Shown here piece by piece: positions 1-7,826 of a stretch of DNA of 22,923 bases. The notes beneath the pieces were generated by a model. It was not told the DNA's origin and did not search any database. It saw only the letters and a list, made by a program, of their open reading frames with translations. This DNA comes from a virus: IMG/VR virus record IMGVR_UViG_3300029922_000840, one strand, 5' to 3'. How positions within the stretch are numbered: position 1 is the first letter of the stretch; each line of letters begins with the position of its first letter. The translations under genes were made by a program, and so were the position numbers.

Positions 1-146
1 ACATTTCTGGCACAGAGTCTTTCCTTCCCACCTCTCGCCCCCACATCGTACGCACAACCCTTGCTTTTTGTACTGCTGGTACTTTTTGTTTATCGTTCGT
101 TTACGTGCCATCTCTCCACACACCTCTACTAGAGGAGAGACAAAGT

Positions 147-1202
147 TTATTTTCTTAAGCCGTTGTACCTAACTACTTGTTCTTTCCAGTGAGTTGATGT
201 CTGAACATGGCCTTTACGCACCCATTTCCCCACTAAACGTCTAAAATCCCCAAATTGAAAAGCAGCGGCAGGTCGGATAACGAACCCCTCTTGGCGGTTT
301 AAGTCAAGCGAGGCACTGAGCTGGCTCACGAGGCTATCTGACCACAACCCCCTGTATAAAACCGGGACTACTGGAAGATGGAGCAGGGTCGCATACTCAA
401 CGGTATCATCCCATGACAGGCATTTCAAATTCTCCCAGATGCCGAAGATGTAGAAGTACCCCTCTAGGTCGGTGTACTCGATGGAGTGTACGGCTGTTAC
501 GTTTTCTCCACACAAGCGAAGCCCCTCCGGGATATCGTGGGCAATTTCAGCCCAGATTCGTTTTATGAACGTGCGGGAGGGGTGAGGTTCGTAATCAAGA
601 GACCGGGCGTGCATATAGTCGTGGTACAAAGTTGTACACTCGCCGTCTAGTTTCTCAGTAGCGATAACCTCCATGCCCTGCCACTGGTCAGTGGAGGCAT
701 GGATTTTGTCATCGTCAGACGCACCGGGGGAGGTAGCGTAGTGAAATGTACGAGGATATTTTACCCGATTGGTGAATAGATGAAGGAGGGGTGCAAGCAT
801 TTTCTGCACTGGTTCTTCATCAAAAAGTTCTCCACGGAGGCGTAGTCCGCTTGGAAGAATGACGTTGCCCCACTTGTCGTAGCGGTCTTCGGGGCTAAGA
901 TGATCTGGTAGCCGAGGGGTTCCGACGTGAATAGCCGCCCGGATATCGTCGGCTGAGATAGTCGTGTTCTCCGCTCCCACATGACAGTCTGCACAGAGCG
1001 TGGCTCCGTTGTCGAGGTAGTATCCGCCATCGGTGAATAGTTTCCTTTCGATGATGTGGTGGGCAGCGTCTCCCGGCTGGCCGCAGATGACACACTTGTG
1101 CCCGTCTCTGGCGAAGACCCCTTCGCGGAACTCATTACGGGTTAGTAGTGTCGTTTCCATAGTTTTACCGAATAGTCGGGCAGTAGTCGTGGATGAAAGC
1201 AC
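147..1202 (-). CDS. Fusion protein: N-terminal HNH endonuclease motif plus C-terminal ATP-dependent RNA/DNA ligase-like nucleotidyltransferase.
   Basis: HNH signature in the first ~80 aa: CVICGQ...HHIIE...N...CADCH. The ligase part has motif I EKLDGE (KxDG), motif IV QEGFVIRP (EGxVxR) and a K-x-x-K motif GKWVRK near the C-terminus. The track start is probably GTG; an ATG (METTLL) at 1160 is an alternative start. Confidence 0.6.
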   Translation of the reverse strand: MLSSTTTARLFGKTMETTLLTRNEFREGVFARDGHKCVICGQPGDAAHHIIERKLFTDGGYYLDNGATLCADCHVGAENTTISADDIRAAIHVGTPRLPDHLSPEDRYDKWGNVILPSGLRLRGELFDEEPVQKMLAPLLHLFTNRVKYPRTFHYATSPGASDDDKIHASTDQWQGMEVIATEKLDGECTTLYHDYMHARSLDYEPHPSRTFIKRIWAEIAHDIPEGLRLCGENVTAVHSIEYTDLEGYFYIFGIWENLKCLSWDDTVEYATLLHLPVVPVLYRGLWSDSLVSQLSASLDLNRQEGFVIRPAAAFQFGDFRRLVGKWVRKGHVQTSTHWKEQVVRYNGLRK

Positions 1203-1297
1203 CGCACCTTCGACAAAGGATGACTGTGTCCACGGGGTTGTAGGGCTCGTGGGGCTTCCGCCAGAACGTTCTCCAGCATCTCTTGATTATAACCACT

Positions 1298-2233
1298 TTA
1301 CCACTTCCAACCGGGGTGGTTCATTCCAAGATGAGCAAAATACTTGAGGTCGCCCATGCTACCCGGAACGCTCACAAAGCTTTGGAACGACGCTGTCTTG
1401 GGCTCCTCCTTCTTCTCGGTCTCCTCTCCCGCAGGTTCAGACTCCTTCGCGGGGGCGTCATCCATGAAGAACTTGCTGGCATCCCCTCGGGTGGGTACCC
1501 CATCCTTGTCATGCTTATTCTTCAGCCGGGTGATTTCGGAGTAACCCCAACCTTGGCGTTTCAGGCTCGGGTCGGTGTCAGATTCTGGAACCTTGTTCTC
1601 GAATTCGTACTTCGCCTTCATCATCCCTTCGAACGCCTTCTCAATCCCGTTGTCAGTGGTAAGGGTGTTCCACACATCCCCTTGAGGGGTCTCCAGCGTG
1701 GTGACGCCGTTGAGACGAATAATGAATGCGGTCTGTTTGTATTCGCTTCCTAGCCGCACCGCCGCCGCGTGTAAGTCCTGAGGGGACACCGTCTCCGGGT
1801 CGCCATTGACGAAGAACCAAGAACGTTCGGTAGTCTCTACAACTGACCCTTGGTTATTGCCTTCGGTATCTTTAGGGCCTTTCCGTTCTGACCAGTGGCC
1901 GAACAACTCAAACGCCCCCACCTCAGCCGTACCCAATAGGGTTCTCAGTTTACGGGGCATCTCTTTGAAGTTGGCCTCATTGATCTGATTGACTTCAGCT
2001 TGAGTCTCTCCCTCCTCGGGTAGACGATAGGGGGTGATAATCATAAAGTCCACATTGGACTTGAAATGGGTCAGGAGACGGCTCAAGCCAGCCTTTGCCA
2101 ACCGAATAGCCCCCGCTACTTTTAGCTTCAGACGGTCACCAGAACAGTACACAGAATCTTCATCAAACGTGTCCAACAGTTTGGGAATTGGCTTAGCTTG
2201 CTTATTACTCAAAAACTTGGATTCGAATTTCAT
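1298..2233 (-). CDS. Hypothetical protein, 311 aa, acidic/Lys-rich C-terminal half; function not recognised.
   Basis: Long ORF with an SD GAGGTG 6 nt upstream of the ATG. Its stop is separated by about 95 nt from the downstream minus-strand gene. Confidence 0.5.
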   Translation of the reverse strand: MKFESKFLSNKQAKPIPKLLDTFDEDSVYCSGDRLKLKVAGAIRLAKAGLSRLLTHFKSNVDFMIITPYRLPEEGETQAEVNQINEANFKEMPRKLRTLLGTAEVGAFELFGHWSERKGPKDTEGNNQGSVVETTERSWFFVNGDPETVSPQDLHAAAVRLGSEYKQTAFIIRLNGVTTLETPQGDVWNTLTTDNGIEKAFEGMMKAKYEFENKVPESDTDPSLKRQGWGYSEITRLKNKHDKDGVPTRGDASKFFMDDAPAKESEPAGEETEKKEEPKTASFQSFVSVPGSMGDLKYFAHLGMNHPGWKW

Positions 2234-2245
2234 GTTGCACCTCTA

Positions 2246-2274
2246 CTTATACACTAGAAATACTATCTTGTCTG
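2246..2274 (-). promoter_or_regulatory. Variant promoter-like element (CAGACA-N17-TATAAG) immediately upstream of the 311-aa gene.
   Basis: Reverse complement of CTTATACACTAGAAATACTATCTTGTCTG, followed by TAGAGGTGCAAC-ATG. It overlaps the 3' end of the upstream ORF. Confidence 0.3.
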
Positions 2275-2580
2275 AACCGTGATGAGCATGTCACACGACC
2301 CCTCATAGTACACGAGGATGTAGCGATTCCCGGCTGTCAAACCGTAGCCTGGGAAGCCCCCGTCGCCACTACCTTCGGCGCAAAGACTAAGAGCACGGAG
2401 ATTGCCTGAATCCTCACGGATGACTGTGGGGTGAATCCCATAACCACCCTGCATATGGCCGATAGTAATTATCGTGCCAGTGACGACCCTCGTAGGGCGG
2501 TTAGGGCCGAGGGTACAGCCAGTAGTAACCCCGATAAAGAGGGCTATAAAAAGCGTGAAACACACAGGAAATAAGCGCAT
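2263..2580 (-). CDS. Small secreted or lipoprotein-like protein, ~105 aa from the internal ATG.
   Basis: The internal ATG at 2580 has a strong SD (AAGGAGATTG-ATG). The product begins MRLFPVCFTLFIALFIGVTTGC, a signal peptide with a Cys at a lipobox-like position, although -3 is not canonical. The track ORF extends to a GTG at 2619. Confidence 0.5.
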   Translation of the reverse strand: MRLFPVCFTLFIALFIGVTTGCTLGPNRPTRVVTGTIITIGHMQGGYGIHPTVIREDSGNLRALSLCAEGSGDGGFPGYGLTAGNRYILVYYEGSCDMLITVQTR

Positions 2581-2647
2581 CAATCTCCTTACCATTTCCA
2601 ACATACGGTTCTCCTTCACGACAATTTTACCACCATGTCTCTGTTCA

Positions 2648-2986
2648 TTACTTCACCGCTCCTTTGGTGCCCACATAGGTCAAGGCTCCCAAGTATGCTT
2701 TCCGGTATTCGGTTGGAACCTTCTGACCACCCCGGTAAAATAGGGTGCAGACCCCGTCTTCATTGTGGCAGGTTTCGGAGATTTCACCGGGGTGCCAGAG
2801 TATGCTCTCCCAATAGCCTCCACCTGCTGCTTCGATGAAAAGAGGGTAGCCGTCTGCCTCACTGAGGATGGTTCTCTCGGCGGCATGTTCAAAATCGAAG
2901 ATAATCGCACAGCCACAGGGTAGCTTAACGTCAACCAATAGCCGGGTGCGGTGGGTAATCTCTGCCATAGGAACCCAGTCTACCAC
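2648..2986 (-). CDS. Hypothetical protein, ~112 aa.
   Basis: ORF in an operon-like array on the minus strand. The start is either a GTG with AAGG upstream or the internal ATG (MAEITHRT). No motif recognised. Confidence 0.4.
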   Translation of the reverse strand: MVDWVPMAEITHRTRLLVDVKLPCGCAIIFDFEHAAERTILSEADGYPLFIEAAGGGYWESILWHPGEISETCHNEDGVCTLFYRGGQKVPTEYRKAYLGALTYVGTKGAVK

Positions 2987-3072
2987 AGGTGCCTTATTTT
3001 ATGAAATTTTTATTCGAGTCCATTTGTGTTTAGTGCAATAGGTGAAGTACCCCTTAAATTTTCCCTCTTTGG

Positions 3073-3858
3073 CTATAGTTGGTCTTTATGCTTAACAAGT
3101 TGATTCAACAAACAGTCATCGGCTCTTTTGTCGTTTCGTTTACGAAGAAGCACTGGCTGTACAATATGATTGCTTCGCGTGGCGTAAAGATAGCGGACTT
3201 CAACTACATCCAACTTATTCAATTGGAACTTTCCACGAAGAGACACCCCCGAGACCTCATATAGCCGTCCCCGTTCGTCGTAGACACCAATGCGAACGCT
3301 GTTGTGGCCTTCCGGGCTGGGTCCGATAACCACAGCATCTAAAGTGCGAGTGAACTTCAGCTTGAAGTGATTCCCAGAACGACCCTCACTGTAGGACTTA
3401 GCCATGTTTTTGATGACCACGCCCTCGGAATGGGACTCCAACAGGGCAATGACCAGCTTAATTTTGGCGGTATCGTCGCGGGTGGTCTTAACCGGGATGA
3501 TGCGAGGGCTGAATCCGTCGAACTCAGCATGATAGCGGGATTCGCGGTACTCGTAGGCATCGTGGATGATGGTCTCATCACCTAAAATTAGGGAATCGAA
3601 CACGTGGATGGTGCTCTTTACTAGCTCCACGTCGATGACGAATTGCTCAAGAGGGTGGGAACGAAGGGCGTTGATGAGAACCACGGGGAGGGGTTTTCCA
3701 CTCTCGCCTTCCCGGTTCCAGTTACGGATGGTTTTCCCCTGCTTGCAAATCGTCCGCCGTTCTCCGTTGAACTTCTCCTGAAATCCATAGTTGGAGTTAT
3801 GGATGAACCGCTCCAACTGCTCTTGCGTGATTTCAGTGAGTAGTTCAGACTTAATCAT
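3073..3858 (-). CDS. Minimal ATP-dependent ligase (DNA-ligase-like nucleotidyltransferase plus OB domain), 261 aa.
   Basis: Motif I EKFNGERR (KxNGxR), motif III-like FVIDVELV, motif IV EGVVIK, motif V FKLKF. The size matches small phage/viral ligases. SD GAGGCGAC-ATG. Confidence 0.75.
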   Translation of the reverse strand: MIKSELLTEITQEQLERFIHNSNYGFQEKFNGERRTICKQGKTIRNWNREGESGKPLPVVLINALRSHPLEQFVIDVELVKSTIHVFDSLILGDETIIHDAYEYRESRYHAEFDGFSPRIIPVKTTRDDTAKIKLVIALLESHSEGVVIKNMAKSYSEGRSGNHFKLKFTRTLDAVVIGPSPEGHNSVRIGVYDERGRLYEVSGVSLRGKFQLNKLDVVEVRYLYATRSNHIVQPVLLRKRNDKRADDCLLNQLVKHKDQL

Positions 3859-4000
3859 GTCGCCTCAACGGTGTCTCCATCTTTCGCTTAGAGCGTCCAG
3901 TGCCGCCACCAGAAAGCTGACCTTCTCGAACTCATCGAACAGTTTCTCGTACCGGATTTTGTTGAAAAGTGAAGTCAAACTCGGGATTGTCCATATTCAG

Positions 4001-4030
4001 AGTATACGGGGAGTACCGGGGGTTTGTCTA
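4001..4030 (-). promoter_or_regulatory. Copy 1 of the conserved promoter motif: -35 TAGACA, 18-nt spacer, -10 TATACT, read on the minus strand. It sits in the divergent 248-nt intergenic region upstream of the ligase operon.
   Basis: Plus-strand text AGTATACGGGGAGTACCGGGGGTTTGTCTA. The reverse complement gives TAGACA-N18-TATACT. The same architecture and spacer CCGG blocks recur at 14472-14500 and 20207-20236. Confidence 0.5.
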
Positions 4031-4106
4031 TTTAATTTCGAAAAAATCTCGACTATCAAATGTTAAGGAGTTTCCCGACTACTTCCCTTATTCTTAAGGG
4101 GACTTC

Positions 4107-7100
4107 ATGATGCAAATTGAAAACTGGCGTGGCCTGTGGAACCTATTGACAACCTATGCGGTCAACGACATCGCGTATTATGAGGGCTCATCCTACTTCG
4201 CTTTGGACATCAACACCGGGAAAGCCCCAATCCTTGCAAACATAGGGGTTTACTGGTCTCCAGTGGCCTTAGCCGGGGAGCAGGGAATTCAGGGTCAGCA
4301 GGGCGTTATAGGCCCCACTGGAATTCAAGGTGTACCCGGAATTCAAGGGCCAGCAGGGAACCCCGGAATTCAGGGAATTCAAGGAAATCAAGGTGACCGC
4401 GGGCCTGAGGGTTTGCCCGGAATTAAGGGCGATACCGGGAGTCAGGGGATTCAGGGAGTCAAGGGCGACACCGGAATTCAAGGTGTACCCGGGGTTCAGG
4501 GAGTCAAGGGCGATATTGGCGACACCGGCCAAGGCTTAGTTTGGCGGAACACTTGGGAGGCGATTGCCACCTACAACACCTATGACTGTGTCCCCTATGA
4601 GGGAGCATCATATATCTGCCTTGCCCCCAACGTCCTGAATGTGTCCCCAGATTCGGATGATTCAAAGTGGGGCTTACTAGCGCAGGGCGGCGGTACAATT
4701 GATTGGTCGGAGATTAAAGATGTTCCTACCACGGTAGCCGGGTACGGCATCACCGACCTATCCCCCGTGGCAACGTCGGGCTCGTACAACGACCTCAACA
4801 ACAAGCCAACCTTAAACTTCGACCCGGCTGGGTCAGCAAGTACGGTACAAGGGAGTCTTACAGCGGAGGTAACAAGAGCGGAGGGGGTTGAGGCTTTGAA
4901 GGCTAACACTTCTAGCCTTGCTCCAGTTGCCTTCTCAGGGGATTACGCTGACCTGAGTGGAACACCCACCCTCGGTACCGCCGCCACTCAGAACAGCTCC
5001 GCGTTCGACCCGGCTGGTACGGCCTCTACAGTTCAAACCAACCTCACCTCGGAAACTTCGCGTGCTCTCGCGGCGGAGGGTCTGCTCGTCCCGAAGACCA
5101 CAACTATCAATGGCAAAGCCCTCTCCAGCAACGTGACCTTGGCGATAACTGACTTTGGGGGAACGCTCCCGCACGCTCAATTGCCGACTTTGCTCAGCAC
5201 CGACATTCCAAGCATCCCCGAATCACAGGTCACCAACCTCGTCAACGACTTGGCCGCAACCGAAAAGACTGCGAACAAGGGCGCGGTGAACGGCTATGCT
5301 GGCTTAGACGCTAACGGGCAGCTCTATACTTCACAGCTCCCAGCACTTGCTATTGTGAGCACCTCTGTGGTCTCCTCTCAGACTGCGATGCTGGCACTCA
5401 CAGCTCAGCAAGGTGACGTAGCTATTCGTGAGGACATCAACGAAACGTTCATCCTTGCTGCGTCTGACCCCACCCTCCTCGCCAACTGGAAGCAAATTCT
5501 CACCCCGGCATCCCCGGTACAGAGTGTCAACGGACAGACAGGAATTGTGAACCTCGCCATCCCGGCAGCTCAGGTCAATAGTGACTGGGCATCGGGGAGC
5601 GGTGTAACTCAAATTCTCAACAAGCCCACCCTCGGCACCGCCGCAGCTCAGAATTCATCTGCCTTTGATTCCGCTGGCTCTGCTGCGACAGTGCAGACCA
5701 ACCTCACCTCGGAAGTCTCTCGTGCAACCACTGCGGAAGGTCTGCTGGTTCCAAAAACAACCACGGTAAATGGTCACGCCCTATCCGCTAATGTCACGGT
5801 CTCTGCTTCTGATCTTACAACGGGAACCCTGCCTGTTGGTCAACTTCCAACAATCCCATATAGCCAACTTTCGGGCACGCCAACGATTCCTTCTGTACCT
5901 CTCACGACCATTCAAAATAATGGTGTCACGGTCACCCCCGTCTCAGGAACGGTCAATCTCATACCCGGCTCGAACGTCACCTTGACCACCTCAGGTGACT
6001 CTATCACCGTTGCCTCCACGACAACATTCTCCGCCCTGACGGGTTCCACCAACACCACAGCCGCCATGGTGGTGGGTACAGGGTCGTCTATCGCTGCAAC
6101 TGGTACTGGTACCATCACTGCTACCTCCTGCCCAACGGAGACCACCCGCGCTGAGGCTGCTGAAGCTCTCCTGCTACCTATCACCACGGCAGCCAGCACC
6201 TATGCTACTCAGACCAACCTGACGGCTGAAGTTACTCGTGCAGAGGCGGCTGAGGCACTGCTTGTGGCCAAGACCACAACAATTGCTGGCCACCCACTGT
6301 CTGGCAACGTGACTGTTGCGTATACTGATCTAACCGGCCTTCCGACTCTTGGAACTGCCGCATCACACGCATCTACAGACTTTGATTCTAGCGGTGCCGC
6401 AGCGTCGGTTCAGACAACTGTAAGCGCATCCATCTCTGCCGAGACAGCGCGGGCTGAAGCTGCCGAAGCTGTCCTTACCACAGCCGTCGCTGGTAAGCAA
6501 TCTGCCCTCGGGTACACACCAGAGAATTTGGCCAACAAGGGTGTAGCAAGTGGTTATCCAACCCTTGATAGCACAGCGCACATCCCGATCAATCAACTTC
6601 CTGCCTCTGTGCAGGGAGCAATGTCATACGTTGGTGTGTGGAATGCAGCCACCAACACTCCGGCAATTAGTAGTGGAGTAGGAACTAAGGGTTTCTTCTA
6701 CAAGGTCAGTGTTGCTGGCTCGACAACAGTTGATGGCAACTCTATTTGGCACGTTGGCGACATGCTCATCTTTGATGGAGCTGCGTGGGATAAGATTGAC
6801 AACTATGAAGCTGTAACATCTGTTGTGGGGCGCACTGGTGCAATCACTCTTAGTGAGGCAGACATCACTGGGTTGGTTGCTGACCTTGGCACACTCACTG
6901 CGGGCATCGCCGGAGAAGTAACCCGTGCGGAAGGCATTGAGGCCACGCTGGCCGCAAACCTCGCAGCGGAAGTTACAAGGGCTGAAGGTGTAGAGAGCAC
7001 ACTTGCCCCGATAGCAGGGCCACTGTTTAATGGCCCTGTTGGTATTGATGTAGCTACTCCAGATCAAGCTCTTACTCTTGCCACTGGTGATGCTGTTGCG

Positions 7101-7796
7101 TGGATGCAACCGCAGAGATTTGGGGGTGGCGGTGGTACAATAGAAGGCGGAGATACATCCGATACGGGGCTTTCCAGAACGGATGTTGGAGTTGTGGCGG
7201 TTGGTAACGGTCAACCCGGCGATACTTCTGGGTCGTTGCAGTGTGCTGTAATCCTTGCTGGTAACCTTGCCAACTCGGCAACTACTGACACTACAAACGC
7301 AGCAAATATCACAAGCGGTGTGCTGCCTCTCGCGCAAGTCCCGGCAATCCCCGTTAGCAAGACCACTGGGTTTGCCACTGTCGCCACAACTGGCACATAT
7401 AGTAGCCTCACAGGTCTTCCGGCCATCCCGGTTGTAGGAACTGTCACCCCGGTTGTAGATGGAGCCGCCTCAATAGGCAGCACTGGTAAATGGGCAGACG
7501 CTGGACACATTCACCCAACTGACACCAGCCGTGTGGCCACCAGTACCACGGTCAATGGTCACACGCTAAGCAGCAATGTGGTTGTTTCCGCTTCCGACCT
7601 CACAACTGGCACGCTGCCCGTTGCCCAGCTCCCCACGATTCCATACAGCCAGCTTTCGGGCTCCCCCACTTTGGGTAACGCCGCACCTTTGAATGTGGGA
7701 ACCACAAGCGGAACTGTGGCGGCTGGGGACGACCCTCGGCTTAACGCTGCGGTATCCACCGCGAGAGCTGTAGCTTTCGCCATTGCCTTCGGTTAA
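4107..7796 (+). CDS. Long tail fiber / receptor-binding protein, 1229 aa, with a collagen-like domain and multiple diverged tandem fiber modules.
   Basis: SD AAGGGGA before the ATG. There are 29 uninterrupted Gly-X-Y triplets (aa 57-143). Repeated modules include PTLGTAA.QNSSAFD.AG.A.TVQTNLTSE..RA..AEGLLVPKTTT.NG.ALS.NVT and TGTLP.AQLPTIPYSQLSG.PT, and there are several AEVTRAEG.EA repeats. Confidence 0.85.
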   Translation: MMQIENWRGLWNLLTTYAVNDIAYYEGSSYFALDINTGKAPILANIGVYWSPVALAGEQGIQGQQGVIGPTGIQGVPGIQGPAGNPGIQGIQGNQGDRGPEGLPGIKGDTGSQGIQGVKGDTGIQGVPGVQGVKGDIGDTGQGLVWRNTWEAIATYNTYDCVPYEGASYICLAPNVLNVSPDSDDSKWGLLAQGGGTIDWSEIKDVPTTVAGYGITDLSPVATSGSYNDLNNKPTLNFDPAGSASTVQGSLTAEVTRAEGVEALKANTSSLAPVAFSGDYADLSGTPTLGTAATQNSSAFDPAGTASTVQTNLTSETSRALAAEGLLVPKTTTINGKALSSNVTLAITDFGGTLPHAQLPTLLSTDIPSIPESQVTNLVNDLAATEKTANKGAVNGYAGLDANGQLYTSQLPALAIVSTSVVSSQTAMLALTAQQGDVAIREDINETFILAASDPTLLANWKQILTPASPVQSVNGQTGIVNLAIPAAQVNSDWASGSGVTQILNKPTLGTAAAQNSSAFDSAGSAATVQTNLTSEVSRATTAEGLLVPKTTTVNGHALSANVTVSASDLTTGTLPVGQLPTIPYSQLSGTPTIPSVPLTTIQNNGVTVTPVSGTVNLIPGSNVTLTTSGDSITVASTTTFSALTGSTNTTAAMVVGTGSSIAATGTGTITATSCPTETTRAEAAEALLLPITTAASTYATQTNLTAEVTRAEAAEALLVAKTTTIAGHPLSGNVTVAYTDLTGLPTLGTAASHASTDFDSSGAAASVQTTVSASISAETARAEAAEAVLTTAVAGKQSALGYTPENLANKGVASGYPTLDSTAHIPINQLPASVQGAMSYVGVWNAATNTPAISSGVGTKGFFYKVSVAGSTTVDGNSIWHVGDMLIFDGAAWDKIDNYEAVTSVVGRTGAITLSEADITGLVADLGTLTAGIAGEVTRAEGIEATLAANLAAEVTRAEGVESTLAPIAGPLFNGPVGIDVATPDQALTLATGDAVAWMQPQRFGGGGGTIEGGDTSDTGLSRTDVGVVAVGNGQPGDTSGSLQCAVILAGNLANSATTDTTNAANITSGVLPLAQVPAIPVSKTTGFATVATTGTYSSLTGLPAIPVVGTVTPVVDGAASIGSTGKWADAGHIHPTDTSRVATSTTVNGHTLSSNVVVSASDLTTGTLPVAQLPTIPYSQLSGSPTLGNAAPLNVGTTSGTVAAGDDPRLNAAVSTARAVAFAIAFG
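4275..4535 (+). repeat. Collagen-like Gly-X-Y triplet array (29 triplets) encoded by a 9-bp periodic DNA repeat (GGAATTCARGG-like) carrying about 6 EcoRI sites.
   Basis: Peptide GEQGIQGQQGVIGPTGIQGVPGIQGPAGNPGIQGIQGNQGDRGPEGLPGIKGDTGSQGIQGVKGDTGIQGVPGVQGVKGDIGDTGQG. GGAATTCA(A/G)GG is visibly reiterated. Confidence 0.85.
4765..4811. repeat. Arm 1 of the 47-bp perfect inverted repeat (IR-A), shared with 12592-12638. It encodes VATSGSYNDLNNKPT in both fiber genes.
   Basis: Plus CCGTGGCAACGTCGGGCTCGTACAACGACCTCAACAACAAGCCAACC is the exact reverse complement of 12592-12638. The flanks are unrelated upstream and only ~70% identical downstream. Confidence 0.8.
7491..7517. repeat. Arm 1 of the 27-bp perfect inverted repeat (IR-B), shared with 11617-11643. 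It encodes WADAGHIHP in both fiber genes.
   Basis: TGGGCAGACGCTGGACACATTCACCCA is the exact reverse complement of 11617-11643. The immediate flanks are only ~55-60% identical. Confidence 0.8.
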
Positions 7797-7826
7797 GACT
7801 TTCGAGCCCTATATAGGAGCATTTTC

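Noticed and set aside
1285-1293. Perfect TATAAT hexamer (minus strand) upstream of the HNH-ligase gene.
   Set aside because: No acceptable -35 or extended -10 (TGn) element at the right spacing. It may still be a weak promoter, but the evidence is insufficient to call it.
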